From Podarcis erhardii (lineage: Eukaryota), in assembly GCA_964252035.1 (NCBI GenBank), contig OZ176207.1: DNA of 64,000 nucleotides; one strand, 5' to 3'. The position numbers were made by a program, and so were the translations under genes. The notes under the pieces were generated by a model. The model did not search any database. It was not told the DNA's origin and saw nothing but the letters and a program-made list of their open reading frames with translations. The stretch's first letter is position 1; every line of letters starts with the position of its first letter. Below, in pieces: positions 47,890 through 62,146 of this stretch.

Positions 47890-50800
47890 TATTACCACAG
47901 TTTTGAATGATGCCATTTTTATTTTGTTCGGCTGCTTCTCCTGGAGCTATTGGCAAATAGCCCCTGTCTTTGCTTTTTCTCTCACCCTTAACACTTGACT
48001 TACTGAGCCATTGCTAGTTGCTACTGCTTTGCAGGACTTCAGAAGAATTTTACTTTGTCACTAATTAGCTGCTGTTGACTGAGGGTTTGTCTTCCTTGTC
48101 TTCCCTTTTGCCTCTTTGAACTTCATCAGATGTGAGGGAGTTGGAGGAGTGGGTGTTTTGTTGTGTTTTTCAGAGATATCCCCCCGCACTTCGCCCCCTT
48201 CCCCCAAATCTGGCCAAATAAACATATTTTGAGTTTTCCCTTCTGACTGGCAAGGAGTCTTGGGTGAGAGCATGGTCTTGCTTTTTAGCAACTGATGCTG
48301 TTCTAGGGCTAGTACAATGTGCATGCTTGGTACCTGCCCCTTTGCCCAACCTGCAAAAACGACTGGGCCAGTTCTGTCACTAGGAAGAGTAAAGCAGTCG
48401 CCTTAGGCAGTGAACACTGGGGAGTGGGGGTGGGAATGTGGCAAGGTGTTGGAGGATAGCACTGTGTGTACTATGAAGACTACTATGCCTCTGTAAATTA
48501 GCCTGCTTCCCTCAGGTGTGGTAGAGGATATTGTCCTGTCACTAATGTTGAATGCAAGATACTCAGTTGCCAGTCTGGTTGACTTTTGTAGACTGGGGGG
48601 AAGGTTGCCATCTTGTCCTTAACCTCAGGCAGCAAAATTTATTGGGTTGGTCCTGGAAACTGTAAATAAACAGTTGTGATTACAGAGGACAGCATGAGTC
48701 TCCATTTCTCTTCACTAATAAGACACAGGTTGTCTTTGGGACTAGGCTCTGCTCAGAGAAATGGACAGCAAAATGAAACTGTATGATGAATACACACGAC
48801 AGGAATGGCTGTTGCAGGGTCCCAAGGGATGTCAGCACTGTGGTGATTGCTGGCTACATGATAAGATGAATTAGTAAGACCCAGAAGAAGATGATATGGT
48901 GGTTCTCTAGAGCATCCCATGCTTTTTAGTCTCTCCTAAAGCATTAACAAAGCAAGAACTAACACCCAAGGGATATGTTAAAATTGTACAGATGCCTGAA
49001 TTGAAAAACTGTATAAGAGGAAGACTATCAGTGCATAATAGTCCCATTGTGTTCCTTGGGATTGAATCCCACCTAAATTTCTATAGGATTGCAATCTAAT
49101 GCTCCAATCATCCATTCCTTTTGTCTTGCTTATTTTTATAGTTCTAAACCTTCTTGCAGAGATTTGCCCCTGAAATAACTGAGCAGCCAAGCCCTTGGGC
49201 CGGGCTCATAGTTTGCTGATGCCATTTTCGTCCCTGCCACCCTCTTGCCCACTCAGATTATGGAAGCTGCAGCAGCAGGGCAATCTCAGTGGAGGCATCT
49301 CAGAGAAATGTGCTTAAGAGTGCCATTAATGAAGCACTAGGGGATAAGGCTATCAGTGAGTGCTAGTCAGGATGCCTATGTTCTACCCCAACTGCTTGAG
49401 GCAGCATGACTCTGAATACCAGTTGCTAAAAGTCACAAATGGGGAGAATGTTGTTTTATTCATGCTCTGCTTGCAGGCTTCCCCATGGTCATCAGGTTGG
49501 CCACTGTGAGAATAGATGGGCCTTTGGCTTGATCCAGCTAGGCTCTTCTTATGTTACCGATGTTTGACAGGGAGAATGCAAGCTGTTAACTCATCCATCT
49601 AAACACAGGCTATCAATATATGGAGGGAAAGGATGGATCCATTAGAAAAAAGCAATCCTTATCAGAATTCAAACTACCATGTACATACAGTTTGTGATTA
49701 TTGCTTACAGTTTCATAGTAGATGCATAATTCATTCAAATTGACTCTTATCCTGAACTACGGACCTGGGTGTACCGGTAAGCAGTAGTCTTCAAGAAGCC
49801 CTCCTTTCTCCTACAAACCAGATGTTCAGTAGTACAGGTGGTGGAAATGGATGCCTTCACAGACTGGAGTATAATGTATGTACTGCTGTGGTGCTCCTGG
49901 ATATCTGCATCTAGACCAGAACCACAACCTGGCTGAGTGCAGATTCCTGATGCTTCTCGGGTGCAATCCCATATGAATGGGCTGGTAGTATGAGATCATC
50001 AGCTTGTGCCAAAATAGTTGGCTTTGTGTTGACTAATTCTGTAACATTTTTCTAATTTCATACCACTTTGTAACTATATTGCACCACACCTACTAATTAC
50101 TCATCCTGTTGTGATGATACTGGTTGACTCACAATGACAGTACACCACTGTGTTGTGCCACACTGCAACAACAAGCGTTTATCCGTTGGCATTGACTTGT
50201 AGGAGAACTTAGCTGTTTACATGGAAATAAATTTCACTGAGAACTGTGTTGATGTGCAGATGAGCAGCTTACTTAGTGGTCAGTCTACATTGGGAAAGGG
50301 GCTTTCCTTGGAGCAGCATCTCAAAAAGAAACTTTAACATACAATTTCTGAGATTAAGTATTTATTTGAAATGAACTGATTACCAAGGGGCAGTTCTTAG
50401 GTTACAGTCACCATGTGGAAGCTGTTAGGAATGCTTCAGCAAAAATATAGCTCTGCGGGACCAACACAGCATGTGGAAGCAATGGATCATGTTGATCACC
50501 CACATATTATTGGTTAACACAAGAACTGCATATTCTTGGTTGTTCTTGGGGCTGGCACAGAAAATCTATCCATAATCAGAGCAAGCTGTTTTACATATTA
50601 CTGCTGCCTATGGAGCTAACCCATTCATAATTGTTCCCTGTGGTTTCAAGGCATAAGCCTGCCCTAAATCTCAGTTCTTTCAGATTTTTTAAAAATGAAA
50701 GGGGGTGGACCAACACTGATAGTTGACGTCTCAAATTAACATTTAGTATTTCCACTCCCCAGAATTTCAAAAAAGGTGTTTTTTTTATTTGCACATTATT

Positions 50801-53068
50801 GCTCATACGATTTATGTTAACGGGCAAAACGAAAACCCAAGCCCTACCCTGTTTTAAATCCCATTTAAAATGTCAGAATACTAACTTCAAATGTAGTTTA
50901 CTGTCCAATCCATAATCAAATAGGCACCAGATAGACAGATTTAATCAAGTTATAGTTTGATATGGACTGGTATAGGCTGGCACCACATTATCTAAGCATA
51001 GTGAATGCATAAACTTTGATAGAACCTACTTCCAAGTACATATCCATAGCTTCAAAACACAGATATACATAATTCATGAATACTGTGGTTTGGGCTATTC
51101 TCTGGTTGTACACATGATGTGCCATCCTCTCCTGTCTGCCTCAGCACCATCTAATAAACCCCACCTAAGGCTGAATTCATGCATGTATATTCATCACTTT
51201 GTGACTGCAACATTAAGGAATGTCTTGCATGCATGAAACAGCCACCAATGAATAAATGTCAAAGGAGGGTGGATATACCTATGGAAATCAGGGCTAAGTA
51301 CCATATCCAAAATACTGGCATTTTACCTTGTTAGTATCACTTTACCTTCTTTGGTGTCACTTTGCTAATATTTCTTGAAACACAGGCCAGCTGGTACCGG
51401 CTGCATCAGAATGCTTGTTAGGACAACTTCTCAGGTGTTCTACTTTGTCTTTGTAAATGGATGTGAGATGAAACTGATACTAAAAGCATCTCATAATTGC
51501 TAAAACATGTTAAAAGTTAACCTGGCAATCTTACCCTGTCCCTCACAAATTATTTAGACTTCAATCTCTTTCATTTCAGTAGGACATTTCCAAATTGTGC
51601 ACCTAGTACCAGGATACAAGGCTACAATTCTAAGCGCAAGTATTTATTAAAGTTACGCATTTTTAACTTTTGTAATCCTACGCACACTGTCCTAGGAGGA
51701 AGGCCTACCCAACACAATGCAACTAAAGGCCAGACTAGATTTGATGTTAATTGTGTGAATGCAGTCAAAGTGCATAAAATAATAACAATAACAATAATAG
51801 TGTAAACAGCAGCTGGGGATAGCACTGATATGCATCAGGTCCACAGTGGGTGAAGACACTGTCTTGATGCAACTGAGGAGGATTTTAGGATGACAGGAAG
51901 GGAAGGGTTAACCTCTCCCCAGCCACTGAACAACCCATGCACCAGGGAGGGTGTGTGTGGCTTCTGTTTGTTTATTTTTAAGTGAATTCATTACATGCAT
52001 GCAATTAACATCATGTCTAGTTTGGTGCTTCCTCCTGAATCACCATAGATGGAATTGTGTTGTAACTTAATTTATTTCAAAAGTGTTATACACATGGTTC
52101 ACTGTCTCTTTCCTTGAAAACAATGGAATTTAAGTGCTTTATTTTGCCTTTATGATCTATCCACCTGCAGAAGACTTTTAAGTTTTAAATTAGTTAACTC
52201 AACCACATTTTTTCTGCTTCATTTAAGAAAGTTTCTACCATTGTTCTCATTAATTCAACACTCACCCACCCACACCCCTACCTATTCCCCTGCCTTTTTG
52301 TCTTTAAAAATAATAATTCAAAGTCCTACACTGAAAACAAGGCTTAGTTCATTAATAAGAATTTAGTCAGAAATGAAACATTAGCTAAATCTACTTTCTC
52401 ATTGTAAATATATTTTATTTAAATTAAAAATGCTTATTAATGCTATTGATTCATACATGTGCAATAATACTTCATAAAGTAATATTACTTGAATTTAGGA
52501 ATGTAGAATTGCAGCTTGCTGGCCATAGGGCATCTCCAATCTTTCCTCAGCCGACACTTTTACAAAAATTAAAGCTGTTTCCCACCTCCCACCTTTGCCA
52601 TAGTACTTCGCCATTCTAACCAAACATTAAAAGGAAGGAAAGGAGACAGATTCCGACTTGAAAGTCACCTCTATCAGAAGCTAGGACAAGAGTGTGCCGT
52701 TAAGTGCCATGGCAAAAGCCAAGAGAGATGAAGAGAGAATGAAAGGGCGCAACTGGAATTTAAAAAAATCAGTAAAGTGCCACAATTATTGTAATGTTCT
52801 ATTCCTTTGATCCAAAGAATTTACTCAGCTGTCAATGTGCAATACAATTTGGCTTGCAATGGAATATAGTTGCACAACTGAACAGAACAAACTCCTGTTA
52901 GATGGTGGTGGTGTTTTTCTTCCTTTCTTTCCTGAATACATCTACAGGAATTTATTGATGCCATTCCACAAGAACATTCCTCAAGCTCTTTGGATGTTGA
53001 CCAGTTCCTAGATCCACAAGGGGGCAGAAGGATCACGGGTGCTTGCCTCCATTTCATTTTGCTCCGAT

Positions 53069-54766
<1,698 letters not shown>

Positions 54767-54802
54767 CTACCCTGGGCACTGTTCCCTACAGATACTCCGG
54801 CT

Positions 54803-54835
54803 CCTACAGGAAAACGGGGAATAGAAACAAAAAAA
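54803..54835 (-). other. TMEM200C: Splice acceptor of the TMEM200C coding exon (exon starts at 54803, 43 nt before the ATG)
   Basis: Minus strand reads ttttttgtttctattccccgttttcctgtAG|GAGCC. A second AG at 54786-54787 is a possible alternative acceptor. Confidence 0.75.
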
Positions 54836-57800
54836 GATTGTGAGAGCCTGGGGAAGATCCAGATTGCAAAGCCGCCCACACGGCATAGTCCCTTTAAGAC
54901 TGCAAATTACATTTCACATTCATTTATTAAATCTGCTCAGTCACTAGTGACTAATCACTCTGACACAAGGACGTGTGTGCGAGACGGAGGCAGGTCTACA
55001 ACAGCCCGCCAATTGCTGTTAACGCTAACCACAAAAATAGCCACTTAGACGCAACCCACTTGCCAAACTGACTACTTGGCCTTAATGTCGCTATCTGTGC
55101 ATTTGCTGAACAGTAGCAGGGCACTTAATTTGCAGAGCATAAATTAATAAAAGGTTGATTAAGGCCCTGTATGCATTTGCAAACAAAAGAAAAGGGGAGA
55201 AAAGATGAGAGGGAGTTGTTGAGCTAGTGAAAGGGAATCTCTTCTTGCTGACAGCAAAGCTGGCAAAGCAGCCTTAACTGAATTCCACATGATGTTTTAG
55301 AGCAGTGCTGTATGGATCGGGTGCAAACTGTTGTTTGGGGACATAGGGAGACAGTGTGCTCTTGCTAGGGTTGTATTTGCTTTGAAAGAACAAGTGCGCC
55401 ATCTGGGGGTGCTTTCGAACCTGCCATTGTCTTTGGGTGTGCAGATGAGAATCTTTTCTCAGCTTTGACTGATTTACCAGTTACATCCATATCTAGAGAA
55501 AGCAAATCTACCCTTGGTTACACATGCCTTAGTTACATCCAAACATGACTATTATAATGTTTTGTAAGTGGGTCTCCCTTTAAAGATCCTTCAGAAACTG
55601 CAGCTGATGCTAAATGTGTTCATGACGATGCTGGCCACTGCTCAGTGACCAGAACAGAGGATGCCAATTTTTGTACAAGCTGCACTGGCTGCCTATCTGT
55701 TTTTGATCCCAATTTTTAGTGCTGTTATCGACTTTTAAAGGTTGCTAACAGCCCAGTGCCTGAACAATTGCCTTCACTCACACTGAACTGCCCATGCCCT
55801 TCAATGAGCTCCAGAAACCCTGCTCTCAGGTCTGCCGCCACTGGCCATATGCTTGGCAGGTGTCAGGTGCAGGGTCTTTTCAGTGGTGGCTCAGCAACTG
55901 TGGAATTCTTTCCCTGGGGACATCTGGCAAACCCCTTCTTTTCTCACTATTAGGTAGCTAGACAAGACATTTGCTTTTGGAGTTTATTTAGTTTTTCTTG
56001 CCTTTATTGGTTGGGTGCTGCTGCTATTGTTTAGCACCAGTTTTGTGATTAATGTATTACTGTTAAATTAACTTGCTCAGGTTATTTGCTTTTTATGTGT
56101 TAAACACAGGTTTGAATGCATGCATGTGGAAAAAGCAGTCTATGAACAACCAAAATATATAACTATACTTAACTACAAAATATATGACATCTTATACACA
56201 CACACTAACCTGAGGTAAGTCCCCTTGAATTCAACGGGGCTTACCTCTCAGCAGATACATATAGGACCACACTGTTAATAAAGAGTCTACCCTAGAACTC
56301 TGTTTCCCCACTATGCCACACATGGCATGCTCTTAACTAGCTTTCACTTAATCTCCACCCTGGCAAGAATCCAACTCCATAGCATGCCAGTGCGAATGTT
56401 CCTTCATTTTGTCCTGCACAAAATGTTTGCTGATGGTCCTTCCCTCTTCCCCCAACTTCTGCTCAACTACTATAAAGGTAGAAGGTAGCCCCAATATCCC
56501 ATACCCTGTCTGTCAGCTGGGGTGAGTTTTAATTTGACTTCACTCTAGAGAGCAGGCTTTCATTTGTCCTCTGCTGTCATAGAAGTATTGCCTTGGGCAA
56601 GTAGACCTAAAACTTATCCCTGGTCACCTGACCCAATAATACCCCCTGCCTTTGCTTTCTCAGTAGGTGAAGTTCAGAGAATCAAAGGTGCTGTACACCT
56701 TCACAAACACTCTCAAGATCTGTTGTGCTGAACAACTGGGTGGTGGCCGCACACGGGGCGGGGATGCAGCTGGAACAAAAACTGGGAACCTGTGGCCCTC
56801 CAGATCTTGCTGAACTACAATGCTCATTGTTGGCTGTGCTGACTGGAGCTGAAGATGGAAGGAATCCAACATCATCTGAAAGGCTAGAGAGTTCCCATTC
56901 TAGAGCCAAAGTTTATTTTAGTGGTTGTGTGTTTGTTTTCATCCTGGACCTGCAGGTTTGTAGAAGCCCTCCAAACTCCTGCAGATTTACTGCCATTGGC
57001 TCTGCGTGAATCAATACAAAACGTGTTAGCATCTATATTTCATGAACTGAGAAACTGGGATGGATTCAACACAAAGAGGTCCGTGGTTCAGCAGGGATTT
57101 TGGTTTCTTCTTTAACACACAGGTGGGCAATATGTGCCGTCACACAGTCCCAGCCTCATTTTATGTAGCCTCCAACACCTTCTCAAGCTGTCCCGTTTTC
57201 TACCCCATCAGAGTCACATCCTTCCTGTTCATTTCCTCCTTGTTTGTTCTGGGTTCTCCAATTGCTCCTATCCCCCATTTCCTCTGTAGTTTCAGAGCAT
57301 GAAATGCCAAGTATTTTATTTGATAAGAACAAATTGATACTTCATGACTGTTAATCTCCACACCAATCCCTCCTCATTTCTGATGTAGACTAAAAATTAG
57401 GCTGCAGGCTGGCTCCACCCTACAAATAATAGGGTGTCCTTATAAATATGCAAATATTTCATTGGAAGGTTGTACTCTAAGTAATTCCCAAACTTCACTT
57501 GTGAGCTTTTGCCTATTTCGCCTCTCTCCTAAATCTAGTCAGGACTACTGAAGCCAAAAGAACAGGTCTAAGAATAATGGGCCAGCCTGAGGGTGCACCC
57601 ATTTATTTGTACACATGGAAATCAGGAGTAGGCACAAAATCCTGATTTCCTTCTACCATCCTGCATTCCCTGACCATGTTAACACGGGCTTAACCATCTA
57701 CTCCAGATGCACACTCATAGAGCCAGGTGGAAGAAAGCACTCACTCTAGAATGGAGCTTTTGTCCTTGTTTTGCAGACTGTACTTTCCTGAATGAATACC

Positions 57801-60299
57801 CTGTGGGTAAAGTGTGGGAGGTTTGTCAAAAATGAATGCATCAGCTGATTATGAAAGGGTTAGGTTGAACTACATTATAAAGAGAATCCAAAACAAAACC
57901 TTACACTGATCTACCAATAGTAGTTTACAGAGAGCACTCGGTTATGCTTTAAAGTTCCTTATACAGCACTTTCTTGCCTCTTAAGATAAAATAATAAGGA
58001 AATGCATCCCATCTTGGTTAAGGGTAGGAAAGGAAGCCTGATGTGGCCTTAATCACACCACAAGTGACTGTTTGGCTTTCATAATCTGTACTGTTTCATT
58101 ATGAATGTGGAGGCTCCTGTTTTGTTATAGGAGTCACTAAGCTGTTTATGAGCCTCAGGGCATCTTCTTTGAATGAGGCCAAAAGGTTACATTACACAAG
58201 GGACTTAGGTATGGTGATCTACCATGCAAAAGAAAAATGCATTTCCAGTAGAAAACGTTGGAAACGATACTAGAAAGGCAAGTTGAATTGTTTTATTTAG
58301 GTCACTGGGCATGCATGTATTTATTGCACTGAAAAGACTGTGTGCTTTTATAAAACTAGAATGTGAAATTTAGCTGTCAATGTACAAAGGAAATAACCAA
58401 ATTCTAGCATCGTTAGAAATGTTTCTTTGAAGCAACTCCTTCTGAATCTATTTTGTTTTACTACCTAGACAAATCCTCCTTTATGCTTAAGGTGTGAGGA
58501 TATCCTCTGGACATCTGCCTGATTGGAATCATGTATGATGTTCAAGGTAACTGGTTATGTAACACCAGTGAATTTTCAGCCCATCAATGTGAGAATGTGA
58601 TGGAAACAGAAAGATTCTGTGCTAAACCTGATTTAAAATGAGATGGAGCACTACTTTGAATCACCAGGGGGAACAAATCATGTTATTGTGTTAACAAAGT
58701 AGCCTGAAATAATTTGCAAGGTTTTTATTTACATGAAATCAGGGTTCATAGTCTGAGCATTCAAATAATGAAGCAACACCTGTGTATTCAACAGGACAGT
58801 CTGAAAATACTAAAGAATTCCTTACTTTCCCCAGAATGTCCAAAATAGATTATAAGAACGATAAAAGCAATCAGTTCAACATGCTGCCTAAAGTTAAATC
58901 CTTTGCCTTGAAATCTGGTTAAGTCAGCATCCTAGATAATCTTATTTCCTTCATCAGCTAAACCTCCCCATTTCCCAAATATCCCCAGATTCAGCAATTT
59001 TCTGATTCATTTCAACTCCATGCATTTTCTAACAAAAACATTCCTAGTCCTTACAATGCACCTTAAAGTAATTAAACAGCCAGTTTAACCTTCCCTCCTC
59101 TTCTCTGGTGTGATTTGACTATTATAGAGTGTAGATTGATGGGGGGGAGGGGAGATACTTCATTAATAGGGCTTGATTAAATCTCCATGTGTACATGCTT
59201 CAGCTTCTGATGCAATGAAAAAAAATCACCATACAGTACTATGACAAAGATCCGCATTAACTTAGCTGGGGAAACACATACTAAATGATGTTTGCAAAAC
59301 AGTATTAGAAGAGCATAACAGAATGAGTCCTGCAATTGGGTTTCCTAAAAAGAAAGCTTCTGTTAGTAATTATTATGCTATGGAGAAACAGCCCAAATTC
59401 TGGAAGAATTCAGGACTTAGAGAACACTCAGATATATAGCCCAATGTGATCTATACCAGCTAATAGTTCCATTAACCAAATTCGAGATCATCTCTATTTC
59501 CCAGGCTTTCAGCTGTATTTCAAGTCTATAAGACTGATGAACATCTTGAGATAAATAAGCGAGTTACGCCACTTGCTCTGCTATTCTCTCTGGCATACAC
59601 TCCATTTGGGTAAATAACCCTGACCTGCACAAATTAGCTGCTCGCCCTTGGGAAAGAGTTAGCTGCTTGCAGCGAGAGTTTAAACATTATTGCGTCCCTG
59701 GGAGGGTGGGCTGCCTCAGGGACAGAGGCTAATGAAACATTTGTGGTTGACATACCTGGGGCTTTGTTGTCCTACATCGTGTCATTAGCAAAGTTGCCAG
59801 TCCCTACGGGGGGGAGAGAGAGTTTTCGAGCGACGCTGTTGACAATCTCTGCATGAGGGGCAGCCAGCCTGGCTGCGGATCGGAGGGCTAAAAAAGCTGG
59901 CAGCGAAAAAGAAGCTTGCACCGGAGAGTCAGCGAATAAGAGCAGCCCACCCTTTCAACTTTCCAGATTTAAAACTCACTCCTGGAGCAAATCCATCCAA
60001 GGTGCTTTCAGCCTGAAAGGGGGTCACCTGCGCGGCTGCGCCCATTTGTGAGACCATTTTAGCCGGGCACCTCATTTCATAACCTTCAAAGCGCCAGGCT
60101 CTCTCTCTCTCTCTCAGTGTCCCTCCCCACCCCCACCCCACTTTTCAGGAAGGGGATGAAATCACAAAGTGATGTTCCTGGATCTCCACAAAGACAGGAT
60201 GGTGCAGAGAAGGGACCGAGAGAGATCTTGGCGGAGCCCCATTTCTACAGCCCAGCCTTTTGGGGAGAAAGGAGGAGGACGAGGTGGGGGTGCTGCTGC

Positions 60300-61270
60300 T
60301 GAGGATCCCCGGGTGAGTTTACGGTTCAAAATGGCAGCATTTTGTAAGCGGGGAAGCTCCATCTCTTTTCTCTTACCGGGGAGAATCGCGGGGCGTGGGA
60401 GCCGCAGGCAAGTTCCTCGGAGCCCAGAGAGAAACCATGGAGAAACTTTGCAGCAGGGCGAGTGGACACCTCGGACGGAAAGCGAAGCAACCCCCCGGAG
60501 CCCCCCCTCCGACGCCGACGCCCCTTCGGGCTCATGGGTACAGATCCCGGTTAGAAGAGGAGCCGCGATTGTATGGCTATGGGCAGCCGCCGGGGATCCA
60601 CGGAAGCCAGCGGCCGCGGCACCGAGCAGTTCCTGCGGCCAAGTGCGCCTCCCGCTCCCTCCGGCATCCTGCCCGGCTTCCGACGGGGGTCGCCCTGCGC
60701 TCGCTCCGCGACGCTGCTCCGGGCGCCGCTTCTTGTTGTGGTTGCTGCCGCCGCCGCCGCCGCCGCCGCGGGAAGCCGCTCGCCTCTCCTGCCCGACGGA
60801 GCTGCTGCTGCTGCTGCTGCTGCTGCCACCGGCGCTGATTCGACGCTGCCGCTGCCGCCGCCGCTGCCGGCCGGACTCGCTGCTGTTGCTAGGAAACCGG
60901 AGCCATGACACAGGGAAATTGCGGCAGGATGGCAATGATCTCCTCGTCGCTGCTCGAGGAGGGACCAGACCCTCGCCGCCTCCCCCGCCTCCTCCTCCTC
61001 CTCCTCCTCCCACGTGTCCTAGTTGCCGCCGCCCCCCCGCCCATGACCCCCGGTTGCGAGGAAAGGGGCTGAGCGGCGGGGAGAGAAGGGAAGGGGACCC
61101 GCTCGCTGGCCTCCCAAGAGCCGTCGAGGGGACGGGGGGGGGCGAGGGGGAGGCACTTCTCTCAACTCAGCCCGCCCCCATCCCACCCACTCGCCTGGAT
61201 CTACGACCACCAACCAGTTTGGGGATCTCTTGTCTGTCGCCTGCAAGCTTACGTCGATTTCTTCCTTTGC
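60300..61270 (-). promoter_or_regulatory. TMEM200C: CpG island: probable TMEM200C promoter and non-coding first exon (candidate donor CCG|GTAAGA at 60377/60376)
   Basis: Abrupt GC- and CpG-rich block in an AT-rich background, about 5.5 kb upstream of the coding exon. Contains (GCC)7, (GCT)8 and (CCT)7 tracts and a consensus minus-strand donor. Confidence 0.7.
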
Positions 61271-61991
61271 ACCCCGCTTCATTTGCCCAGCCCACCTCGA
61301 CACCCCACCCCACCCAACACACACCTGCTTCTTGGGTTGCAGTGTTCAAGCAGGTTATTCAGGAATAGTTTCATTGGAGTAGGTGTTTCTGCTGCTCCAA
61401 AGTAGATTTGTTGTGACTTACAGTCTGGAAATGATATTCTTATTCTTATTATTAAGAAGTTGGGTTTCACTTTAATGCTGCATGGTCTTTTTGTGCATTG
61501 CTCTTTTTGTTGTTGTTAACATTTTTGTTCTGTGAGCCACGCTGAAGATGTTTGGGAGAGGGCAGGCTGTAAACGTTGAAAATAGTCTTCTTACGTGACT
61601 GTGCTTTCTTTATGAATGTGTTTTATGAATAGATACATATTAGTCTTACTATAGTTTTCTTCAAGAACATGTGTTGTTTTTATTCAAAAAATAAACAAAC
61701 CATTTTGGGTTAAACCTTTGTAAAAGAAAGCTGAAAAGCTTGACATCAAGTACACACAATCTTTCTCACACACCATAGTCGTACATTTTGTACGGCCTAT
61801 TTTAGGTTGTAAAAACAATAGAAGCTTGTGGAGAGAGAAAGTATTTTAAGGTACAACAAGACTGTTTTTCTGCAACCTAAATTGTTACAAACTGTGGGGC
61901 TTGGGTGTGGTGGTGTGTGTGTGTGTGTGTGTTTGTGTGTAAGAGATGCGCTCTCTCTCACACACTTTCTTCTGCAAAAAATTAAGTGCCT

Positions 61992-62146
61992 TGTGACACC
62001 TTAAGGGCTTATCAGAAATTTGTTACAGCATGTGCTTTCATGGGATAGAGTCCGCTTCATGAAATGCATGAAGTTATCTGATGAAAAGGGCCCTGGTCCA
62101 TGAAATCTTATGCCACAATACATTTGTGTTAGTCTTCAAGGATTCT
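61992..62146. mobile_element. Old Penelope-like inverted pLTR relic with two decayed hammerhead cores
   Basis: CTGATGAAAAGGGCCCTGGTCCATGAAATCTTATGCC...GTTAGTCTTCAAGG on +, and a diverged mirror copy GCTTTCATGGGATAGAGTCCGCTTCAT on -. Confidence 0.55.

Noticed and set aside
48360-48645. Possible degenerate hAT MITEs (also about 21225-21590 and 32490-32660)
   Set aside because: TIRs and TSDs too decayed to fix boundaries by eye.
60169-61368. 399-aa plus-strand ORF, the 283-aa minus-strand ORF and other overlapping ORFs in the CpG island
   Set aside because: Stop codons are rare in very GC-rich triplet-repeat DNA; low-complexity P/R/G/A peptides, GTG starts and no recognisable domain.
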